The notes below the pieces were generated by a model, which was not told the origin of the DNA, did no database searches, and saw nothing but the letters and a program-made list of their open reading frames with translations. Below, piece after piece: positions 8,707 through 15,736 of a stretch of DNA of 32,000 bases (positions are counted from its first letter, which is position 1; the number at the start of each line of letters is the position of its first letter). A program made the position numbers and the translations under genes. The stretch is taken from contig JACCFC020000005.1 in assembly GCA_020830965.2 (NCBI GenBank), forward strand, positions 107,049-139,048. The letters are read 5' to 3'. This stretch comes from Neisseriaceae bacterium TC5R-5. GTDB taxonomy: Bacteria > Pseudomonadota > Gammaproteobacteria > Burkholderiales > Chromobacteriaceae.

Positions 8707-10367
8707 TGCTGACAGCCATTATTGGCGGCAACGATGCCGCCATTGGGCGAGGTATAACCCAAGCAACCGAGTATGGTATCGAATAGTTGTACATGCCGTA
8801 AGGTTTTACCAGCACGCTGCTGAGCCGCTAACTGTTCAAAACCATGGCGCTGCTGCGGGCTAGCTAGGTACTTATCGGAAGCCCATACCATGATGGGCAC
8901 GCGAAACTGTTCAGCAGGGGCCAACTGACGTGGTGTGCCATGCAGATGCTCATTTTCAGCAATCGATTCGCCATGGTCAGCCGCATAAAACACGATCGCC
9001 TTCTTATCCCGCAACTGATCAATCACCTTGCTGATAAACGCATCGGTATACAGCACGCTATTATCGTAAGCGTTAATCAATTGTGCCTTGCTACAGAAGC
9101 TATCCACGCTCAGACACTCCGGTTGATAACGAGCATAAGCTGGTGGATAGCGTTGTGAATATTGATAATGCGAACCTTTGGTATGCAGAATCACCAGATG
9201 TTTGCCTTGCGGGTAGCGTGCTAAGGAAGCCGCCACCTCCTCCAGCAATAGCATGTCATCAACCGGTTTGCCCTCATTACGCCCCTCCGCAGTAATCAAC
9301 TCGCGAAATGCATAATTATCTACCTCGGTTTTATTATAGAACCACACCTCGCTCTGCATCGCGAACAATTCCGAGCTAAAACCCATCTGCTTCAACACCG
9401 CAAAAACATTTTGCTCTTTCAAGGTGCGTTGCGGATTGTCTGCTGCTCCGCCTTCACGCACAAACATACAACGCAGCGATAATTTGGTAGAGGTGTCGCA
9501 AGACTCCCCGCGAAACACCAGTAGATTGCTCTCTCGTGACAACTTGGGGGTGGTATCCCGGGCATAGCCCAATAGGCCCAGATGATCCCAACGAGTGGTT
9601 TCACCGATGATAAAGACCATATAAGTGTCATTGATTCCCGCTGGTGAGACATAGCGAAAATGCTGCGCCGGGTCAAACAGCTTGCTCTGATTGTCGTATT
9701 CGTCGTAGCGGGTATAGGCAAACAAACCTAGTGCCGACAACCAATTAGCGGGCAGGTAAGCATGCACCACCCCACCACCATAGCTGGATAAATCGAGATT
9801 ACTACGTTGCGCCTGCTTACTATGCTCTTGATCCAACACCCGCAATGGTAGCCACACCAGCAACAAAGCCGCGAGCAAAAACAATAGCGACTTCAAACGC
9901 TGACCAGGCATTTTCAGCCGCTGCAGCAGTGTGTCACGCAACGGGCTTTGCCAAATACACAGCAAGGGCAACGCACTTAATAACACGGTCCACAGCACAA
10001 AATGCCATCCGATCACTTCGACAGACAAATCTATATCTGTCGTGATGACTGAAGCGATCACCCCGTAACCAATCACCACACCGAAAAAAGCGACGTAATA
10101 ACTGGCAGCAACGGAGGTCAGCAACAGCAGTGTGGCAGCAAAGCGATAAAACCACCGTCCGGCCAAAGAACACAGTTGCAGTAATAGGTAGGTAAACAGC
10201 ACAGCGGCCACGGCCTCCGCCAGCGTGGAGACAAGCTTGATCGCTAGCGGCTGCTGTAAAGATGTCAGCAAACGGCGATAAAAAACGGGAAGATTTAACA
10301 AAAGGCCAATATAGAGGCCCAACCATAAAGAGAGGTTTTTATGTAATAGTGATTTTATTTTATTCAT
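8703..10367 (-). CDS. eptB: Phosphoethanolamine transferase of the EptA/EptB family, closest by motif to EptB (Kdo-lipid A PEtN transferase)
   Basis: The product is 554 aa with an N-terminal multi-TM region (LYIGLLLNLPVFYRRL...) and a sulfatase-fold domain. Motifs are FIIGETTRWDHLGLLGYARDTTP, ESCDTSTKLSLRCMF, HTKGSHYQYSQRYP, YDNSVLYTD, YAADHGES and HLHGTP. These match my recollection of E. coli EptB better than EptA (GETSRAENF / SCGTATAVSVPCMF). Confidence 0.8.
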   Translation of the reverse strand: MNKIKSLLHKNLSLWLGLYIGLLLNLPVFYRRLLTSLQQPLAIKLVSTLAEAVAAVLFTYLLLQLCSLAGRWFYRFAATLLLLTSVAASYYVAFFGVVIGYGVIASVITTDIDLSVEVIGWHFVLWTVLLSALPLLCIWQSPLRDTLLQRLKMPGQRLKSLLFLLAALLLVWLPLRVLDQEHSKQAQRSNLDLSSYGGGVVHAYLPANWLSALGLFAYTRYDEYDNQSKLFDPAQHFRYVSPAGINDTYMVFIIGETTRWDHLGLLGYARDTTPKLSRESNLLVFRGESCDTSTKLSLRCMFVREGGAADNPQRTLKEQNVFAVLKQMGFSSELFAMQSEVWFYNKTEVDNYAFRELITAEGRNEGKPVDDMLLLEEVAASLARYPQGKHLVILHTKGSHYQYSQRYPPAYARYQPECLSVDSFCSKAQLINAYDNSVLYTDAFISKVIDQLRDKKAIVFYAADHGESIAENEHLHGTPRQLAPAEQFRVPIMVWASDKYLASPQQRHGFEQLAAQQRAGKTLRHVQLFDTILGCLGYTSPNGGIVAANNGCQH

Positions 10368-10413
10368 CTGATGTGATGGTTATGGCTGGCCTTGACAGAT
10401 AGAGAGCTTTAAC

Positions 10414-10435
10414 AAAATGCCGCTCCCGGCATTTT
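10414..10435 (-). promoter_or_regulatory. Terminator-like hairpin in the eptB 5' leader region
   Basis: AAAATGCCG-CTCC-CGGCATTTT forms a 9-bp stem with a 4-nt loop. On the - strand the stem runs into TTTTGTT, and it lies ~45 nt upstream of the eptB ATG (10367). Confidence 0.3.
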
Positions 10436-10599
10436 TGCAGCATTGCCCAAGTAGATTTCGGGCCGGCCCCTAAGTTAAGAAAAGCAGACCGCAGAGTCTT
10501 TCCACCCCCACCATACAATCCACTGGCGCCCGAGTTTAACGCAAAAAAACACAGGAAATACAATATTACCGTGCGCAAAACTGACAAATTTGCCCAACA

Positions 10600-10680
10600 G
10601 CTTAAAGCCGCTAACAAAACCTCGAACAGCCGCTAAGTCAAGGTGTACCGACACAGACAGTACCAGTGATACTGCGCGGC
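10600..10680 (-). repeat. Correia-like MITE, copy B (truncated: one TIR plus ~75 bp, other end missing)
   Basis: CTTAAAGCCGCTAACAAAACCTCGAACAGC...GACAGTACCAGTGATAC aligns with the left half of copy C. Similarity is lost after ~10680. Confidence 0.65.
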
Positions 10681-10767
10681 ATAAAACGAGTGTCAGCACT
10701 TATTTACTCCACAACTGCTTGACAGCAGCAAACGTACTGGACGAAGCTACTGACAGCTTTACCTTAC

Positions 10768-10898
10768 CTTTAAGTGCCGCTAACAAAACCTCGAAGAGCA
10801 CCTGCGCCAAGACGCGCCGACGCAGATCCTACCAGTGGCACGGCAAGAAGGTACGACGCTGGATCAGGGGGTTTGTTAGCGGCTCTCACTCATAAGGA
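10768..10898 (-). mobile_element. Correia-like MITE, copy C (full length, inverted relative to copy D)
   Basis: The TIRs GCCGCTAACAAAACC (10778-10792) and GGGGGTTTGTTAGCGGC (10867-10883) are reverse complements. The reverse complement of C aligns with copy D at roughly 80-85% identity by eye over ~113 bp. The element ends about 10 nt before the toxin ATG. Confidence 0.8.
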
Positions 10899-10906
10899 AA
10901 ACAGAC

Positions 10907-11704
10907 ATGAGTCAAGCCAGTCAGGACGAAGGCATTAGTATTGTTATGAGCGCGCCGCAACTGGCCGCAGCATTGGCCCGGAAAACCCTTAGCCAAGGCG
11001 ATATCCTGAGTAATCGCTTTTGGGGAAGTTTAGAACTAGCTGGCGGCATTCTGGAGATGGTAGGCGCTGGCGCGTTATGTATCGCACCCGAACCCACTGG
11101 CGCAACTAAAGTAGGATGCGTCGCGATTGGTGCGCATGGCGCCGATACCATCGCCACTGGCGCACGTAAAGTCTGGACCGGCGAAGATAGCAGAAGCCTG
11201 ACACAGCAAGGCGTCATCAAGCTGGCCGAAACAATGAAGGCAAACCCTAGCCAAGCTGGGAATATCGCCATAGCCGTAGACATGTCTGTACCAATCGGAC
11301 TCGCCAGCATGGTAAACGCCGCACGTGTCAGCAGCATAACTTTGGGACGGTTTAGAATTTCAGAACACGAGGCAAAAAGCCTTGGCGGAAGAGGTGGGCA
11401 TACCCTTGCCAAGCATGTCGGACAAACCAAAGAAGAGATGTTAGCAAGACTTGAAAAAGAAAAAGACCTATTTAAAGTCTCATCATTTTATAGTAGAAAA
11501 TTAGCAGAATGGGGAGTATCTGAAGTCCTTCTAAAAAGATCATCAGAAATTAGCTCATGGGCTAAATCATCCTCTACTCGCCCTTTAGAGATAGAAGAGG
11601 CGGTTGGAAAAGTAGTAGGACATGGAATAAACAGAGGCAAAGATAATTTTAAGGAAATATACAATGGCATGCCTTATTTTGTCTTAACGGCATACCCGAA
11701 GTAA
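10907..11704 (+). CDS. Stand-alone polymorphic-toxin-like protein: unassigned glycine-rich hydrophobic N-terminal region plus C-terminal bacterial RNase-A-like (CdiA-CT type) nuclease domain
   Basis: SD AAGGAAA lies 7-13 nt upstream of the ATG. The C-terminal signature GGHTLAKHVGQTKEEMLARL (nt 11393-11452) and terminal LTAYPK (T-x-Y) match my recollection of the CdiA-CT RNase A-like family (H-T-[IL]-x-[KR]-H-V-G-K/Q-T; catalytic His and C-terminal Thr/Tyr). I see no signal peptide, PAAR, Rhs/YD, FHA, LXG or MIX features. It is followed 8 nt later by a CdiI-like ORF. Confidence 0.7.
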   Translation: MSQASQDEGISIVMSAPQLAAALARKTLSQGDILSNRFWGSLELAGGILEMVGAGALCIAPEPTGATKVGCVAIGAHGADTIATGARKVWTGEDSRSLTQQGVIKLAETMKANPSQAGNIAIAVDMSVPIGLASMVNAARVSSITLGRFRISEHEAKSLGGRGGHTLAKHVGQTKEEMLARLEKEKDLFKVSSFYSRKLAEWGVSEVLLKRSSEISSWAKSSSTRPLEIEEAVGKVVGHGINRGKDNFKEIYNGMPYFVLTAYPK

Positions 11705-11712
11705 GGAAAAGT

Positions 11713-12009
11713 ATGGAAGATACTCGAAAGCTATACCCGAATTTACACCTTCTTTTTGGCGCTTACCTAATGCAAGACTGGACTCTATGGGGAAGCACAA
11801 TAGAAGATGTAATACTTCGCTACAAAAAGGACATGAATCAAGAAGAGTGCCAAGCAGCCATTCATGAAATAGATGAATTCATTAACAGGCACCCTAATGA
11901 TTTAAATGAATACTATGAAGAGCTATTTGGAGAGGAAATTTCAATAGAAGCATTTGGTTATTCGCCATCTTCTTTTCTTGAATATTTAAAATATACTATC
12001 TCAACATAA
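11713..12009 (+). CDS. CdiI-like immunity protein (contact-dependent growth inhibition immunity family)
   Basis: This is a 98-aa acidic protein. The N-terminal block YPNLHLLFGAYLMQDW resembles the Y-P-x-L-x-x-F-x-G-x-Y-F-H-Q-D-W hallmark of a CdiI family. It has SD GGAAAAG upstream, starts 8 nt after the toxin stop, shares the toxin 3' half's AT-rich composition, and is followed by a terminator. Confidence 0.65.
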   Translation: MEDTRKLYPNLHLLFGAYLMQDWTLWGSTIEDVILRYKKDMNQEECQAAIHEIDEFINRHPNDLNEYYEELFGEEISIEAFGYSPSSFLEYLKYTIST

Positions 12010-12016
12010 ATTTCAG

Positions 12017-12052
12017 AAGGCCAAGACCTAAAAACCTTGGCCTTTATTTGTT
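12017..12052 (+). terminator. Rho-independent terminator after the toxin/immunity pair
   Basis: AAGGCCAAG (12017-12025) pairs with CTTGGCCTT (12036-12044) around a 10-nt loop, followed by TATTTGTTAGTTTATTTATT. Confidence 0.75.
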
Positions 12053-12166
12053 AGTTTATTTATTATTCTGCTAGTTAGTTTGCTTGAATCGCCAACCCTC
12101 ACTTCTGCCCTATTTTCGGAAAAAAATTCTCACAGCCACCGCTAAACCCGCACAGTAAAGCCGCCC

Positions 12167-13777
12167 TTATTGCAGCCCCTCATAGCCTGCCCATTCACCC
12201 CCACTTTGCCGCCATAAATACTGCTTGCCGCGCTGCATAACAATATTATCTGCATCCTCGGCCACAAACGGCGTATTTGGCAGTTTCTGGCTATAGCTAG
12301 TGGGCTGATAATCCGCGCCAAACGGGCTGCGATTAAGCATTTGCGCCAGAATGTCGCTGATGGCCAGATAGCTTACTGGCTGGTCTAAGCGCACTGGCAG
12401 CGGCTTGCCCTGGCCACCAATCACCTTAATAGCCGCCGGCACAATGGTAATCGCCGGGGTGGGAATATCACGCAAGCCGGCAAACTGCTGCTTGTCACCA
12501 TGCAAAGCCGCGCCATGCTCCGGTACCAGTAATAGAATCACCTTGCGCTGACTGCGTTCTAAATCATCAATGAATAGTCCTAAATCGCTAAACAACTTAT
12601 GCGCCCGCGCTTTATAGCTGTCCAGGCTGTTGAGATTGGGTTGATCAAGCAGGCGATTACCATCGTGCAGGCTGATGGTATTGTAGTAAGCGGCAATATG
12701 ACTGCTTTGATCCTGCTGCCGCTGCTCCAGCCAATGCTTGAGCATGCCGTAATCGTCGTAAATGGGACTATCGTCAAAGCCGCGCTGGGCTACAGTTTGA
12801 CCCTGTTGACTCAAGAGCGGTAAAGACAGCCGCCCTTCCTTGCGCAACAGCGACAGAAAATCATCAAAGTGACCATCGTGGTTGAGTAATAGCTCATTTT
12901 TAAAACCGAGCCGTGCCAGGTTTTCAAACAAGAAGCACTGGCTATTGCCGGGTTCATAAAGCCCTTTATGGCTAGTTTGCCCGCAACTGGCCCGCAATAC
13001 CCGTAGTGCCGCAGGGCCACTATAAGGAGTGGCGGTATTAAAGTGAGTAAAGACAAAATCAAAACGACTCAATAAAGGCGAGTTATCCAGACCCACCTCG
13101 CGCAAATCGTCCCAGGCCAGCGAGCAGACATGAATCAGCAATACATCAAAAGCGCTGTCAGCCGCAGGCGGTAGAAACTGCACTTTGCGTTGGCTTTCGC
13201 TGCGGTAAAAAGCTTGCAGTTCGGCATCCGGAGTTTGCTGGATAGCTGGTACCCGCTCAGGCTGAGGCGCCGCAGCCACGATAAGCGGTTTGCTTTCCGA
13301 TTGTAGCCATTGCTGTCCAGCAGTCACTAATAGCGCGATGATAACCAGGCTGCTGACCCGCAGGTAGCGATTGAGCAACACATAGCCCAGTACTAGTAAA
13401 GCGCCTGCCAGTAGCGACCGGGCTGACAGCAGACGGCCAAGCAACTCCAGCCAATAAGCGAAACTAAAATCGCGCAGGCTAGCCAGTTGGCTAAGCATGG
13501 GCAGCAAAGACGGCAGCCAGGAATCGTAATACAACAGAACTAATGCCAACAGGCTGGCGACAAGAGTGCGCAGGCGCATTTTGCGCGGCCCATACACCGG
13601 TATCAGCAGTAATAGTGCAAAAGCCAGGTTGAGCCCAATATGCAGACCCAGACTACCCTGCCAGTACAACACCAGCTTGGCGCAGAAATAGAGACTCCAC
13701 CAAGCTAAGCCCTGACTATGCGGGCGTGAGTCAGTTGGCACCCAATGTAAAGCGGGATCAGTGTTTGATTTTGGCAT
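12167..13777 (-). CDS. bcsG: Cellulose phosphoethanolamine transferase BcsG
   Basis: The product is 536 aa with an N-terminal TM region (GLAWWSLYFCAKLVLYWQG...LNLAFALLLLIP) like E. coli BcsG and an alkaline-phosphatase-fold domain. The block DVLLIHVCSLAWDDL has its candidate catalytic Ser codon at 13121-13123. It follows bcsE-bcsF. Confidence 0.85.
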   Translation of the reverse strand: MPKSNTDPALHWVPTDSRPHSQGLAWWSLYFCAKLVLYWQGSLGLHIGLNLAFALLLLIPVYGPRKMRLRTLVASLLALVLLYYDSWLPSLLPMLSQLASLRDFSFAYWLELLGRLLSARSLLAGALLVLGYVLLNRYLRVSSLVIIALLVTAGQQWLQSESKPLIVAAAPQPERVPAIQQTPDAELQAFYRSESQRKVQFLPPAADSAFDVLLIHVCSLAWDDLREVGLDNSPLLSRFDFVFTHFNTATPYSGPAALRVLRASCGQTSHKGLYEPGNSQCFLFENLARLGFKNELLLNHDGHFDDFLSLLRKEGRLSLPLLSQQGQTVAQRGFDDSPIYDDYGMLKHWLEQRQQDQSSHIAAYYNTISLHDGNRLLDQPNLNSLDSYKARAHKLFSDLGLFIDDLERSQRKVILLLVPEHGAALHGDKQQFAGLRDIPTPAITIVPAAIKVIGGQGKPLPVRLDQPVSYLAISDILAQMLNRSPFGADYQPTSYSQKLPNTPFVAEDADNIVMQRGKQYLWRQSGGEWAGYEGLQ

Positions 13778-13985
13778 CTTCAGTTTTATCAGGACTGACC
13801 ATCATCCGCTGTGCCAGCCGCTGTTGGTAAGGGTGCTGCTGAAAATAACGCAGACGGCGGCGACGTTGCAGATAACGTCGCCAGCCCGGCAGAATAAGCG
13901 CATGGATGGCATAGCCTATTAATAGCGCAAACAAGCTGTAACTGAGCAGCAGAAAGTCGGCATGGCTGAGTTGAGGATTAGGCAT
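13758..13985 (-). CDS. bcsF: Small membrane protein BcsF
   Basis: This is a 75-aa protein with a single TM helix (FLLLSYSLFALLIGYAIHALIL) followed by an Arg-rich tail. SD GAGG lies ~9 nt upstream. It sits between bcsE and bcsG and overlaps the bcsG start by 20 nt. Confidence 0.7.
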   Translation of the reverse strand: MPNPQLSHADFLLLSYSLFALLIGYAIHALILPGWRRYLQRRRRLRYFQQHPYQQRLAQRMMVSPDKTEDAKIKH

Positions 13986-14008
13986 ACACTGGCGCCTCTA
14001 CAAAAAGT

Positions 14009-15610
14009 TCAACGACGCTGCAAGCGAGCACTGACCGGAACCCCTGGCCAGTTGGCTGAGAAATGAGCGGGCTGTGGACTGTCGACAACTGAGGTCGTCT
14101 CACTCAGCAAGACCGCGCCCAGATCAGGCAATTCGGCAAAACCGGCCTGCTCCGCCAAACGCTCCAGGCTGAGCTGGATACCATCGCTATCTGGGGTACG
14201 TACTTCAAACGAGATAATTTCATTGATCGGTAAGCGAAACAGATGCGGCAAGGCGGCATCGACATCGCTTTCCCGGCAGGCAAACAGAAACAGGTAAATA
14301 TCGTTCTGATCCGCGGTGCACAGATCACCAGCACGTTTGAAACGACTCAGGCGCAATAAATCCAGTGGCGAGGCACCTGGTGCCGGCCGCAGACGCAACA
14401 TCACATTATGGATATCAAGATGCCGGCTGCGTTTAACCGCCTGCCTGACCACCTCAACAAAACGAGCGGGGGGTAAATAGCCACGGTCATGCTCTGGTTC
14501 GCTCGCCTGCTGTAACTCCTGTTCGGGGCTACTACGATGTGTTTGGTAAACCGCCTGCTGTAATCCCTGCAAAACATTCAGCACACTGGTAAAGCGCAAC
14601 TCGGCAGGAAGCACCGCATTGGCCCCCAAACGCAATAATAACTGCTCCTCATTATGGCGCAGGCGGCTGTTGCCCACTTCCCGTACCAGAATTTTCAATT
14701 GCGCCCCACAATGCTGCCGCAGACGTTGTATCAGTGGGGCTAGCTTGCCGGTTTTGCTGGTGGAGTCCAGCAGGATGCTGGCAGAAATCGCGGAACTGGC
14801 CATATTGAACAGGTCTTCGAGATCATCAAATACCTGCCAGAACGAGGAAGGGGTAGCATTGTCAGCCAGGCTGACACGCGTAGCAAACACTTGTTGCCAA
14901 TCCGCCGCCTGCTGTGACGCTTGTGCTGACAAGCTGGCTGCCTGCCCGGCAGAAAATAATCGTAGCTGACCAGGTTTATTCAGTTCCAGAGAATAGATAG
15001 TCGGTTTAAGAACCGAACCCTCACCCTCCCAGTACAATACCTGCCAGTTATACAGTTCATTACCTGCATACTGGGCATGCACTAAGCCGGCACAGCACTT
15101 GGCCTGTTCCGTCAGTAACTGATTTTGTGTCAGGCTAAGCCGCTGTGCCTCCACCAGCAAGAGCACGATATGCCCATGCTGCTCGGCCCAGCGCTGGCAG
15201 AGCGCCAGACGACGGCGGCACGCCAGCGCATCCGCCAAAGGCAGGTAATCTTCGGCATTATCCAATACCAGCAGCAAGCAATCACTCGCAGCCGGTAACT
15301 GATGCTGGCAGCGAGCCAACTCGTCAAGACAGGCGAGCAAATGACGCGCCCCACCCCGGCCTCGTGCCGAGAACAACAATATTGAGCGATGGTGTAAACG
15401 CTGATCCAGACAATCAGTATCACAAGCGCTAGCGGGTTCTTTCGCACTGGCGATAATGAGCGAAATCTGGCTGTCCAGCGGCAAATTGGCAAATAGCAAT
15501 GCCTGAGTCAGCTCTACGGTATGGCTCATCACCAGGTATATTGCACCTGGATGCATTCCCCCGGCCGCCGGGCTCAAGCCAGTAATTCCCAACGTCGACA
15601 CCGTCTGCAT
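14009..15610 (-). CDS. bcsE: c-di-GMP-binding cellulose regulator BcsE (GIL domain)
   Basis: The product is 533 aa, comparable to E. coli BcsE. The RxGD motif in LSRFKRAGDLCTADQNDIYLFLFACRESD (RAGD at nt 14324-14335) resembles the E. coli RTGD region. It is the first gene of the bcsEFG unit. Confidence 0.8.
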   Translation of the reverse strand: MQTVSTLGITGLSPAAGGMHPGAIYLVMSHTVELTQALLFANLPLDSQISLIIASAKEPASACDTDCLDQRLHHRSILLFSARGRGGARHLLACLDELARCQHQLPAASDCLLLVLDNAEDYLPLADALACRRRLALCQRWAEQHGHIVLLLVEAQRLSLTQNQLLTEQAKCCAGLVHAQYAGNELYNWQVLYWEGEGSVLKPTIYSLELNKPGQLRLFSAGQAASLSAQASQQAADWQQVFATRVSLADNATPSSFWQVFDDLEDLFNMASSAISASILLDSTSKTGKLAPLIQRLRQHCGAQLKILVREVGNSRLRHNEEQLLLRLGANAVLPAELRFTSVLNVLQGLQQAVYQTHRSSPEQELQQASEPEHDRGYLPPARFVEVVRQAVKRSRHLDIHNVMLRLRPAPGASPLDLLRLSRFKRAGDLCTADQNDIYLFLFACRESDVDAALPHLFRLPINEIISFEVRTPDSDGIQLSLERLAEQAGFAELPDLGAVLLSETTSVVDSPQPAHFSANWPGVPVSARLQRR

Positions 15611-15736
15611 AATACATGCGCCCTGCTGCTGAGAAGTTTGCCACCATGGTTTCTACAACTTATCTATTCGTTGTAAACCATTTCGTCAGGCTTGCCAGGG
15701 CTTATCCACGTCTCAAGCCGTACGATGTCTGTCGGC

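Noticed and set aside
10590-10895. 101-aa + strand ORF upstream of the toxin gene
   Set aside because: It is composed almost entirely of MITE copies B and C read through. It has no SD, and the translation is basic and low in complexity. I interpret it as repeat DNA, not a gene.
10600-10898. Two spaced repeats ~170 bp apart that could suggest a CRISPR-like array
   Set aside because: There are only two copies. Each is ~80-130 bp with terminal inverted repeats, and both are homologous to dispersed copies at 8.2 and 15.8 kb. That is MITE architecture, not a short direct-repeat/spacer array, and no cas genes are present.
10921-11430. 169-aa ORF antisense to the toxin N-terminal half
   Set aside because: It overlaps the GC-normal part of a better-supported ORF that has an SD, a domain signature and a coupled downstream immunity gene. 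The antisense product is Pro/Ala/Cys-rich with no motif, so it is probably a shadow frame.
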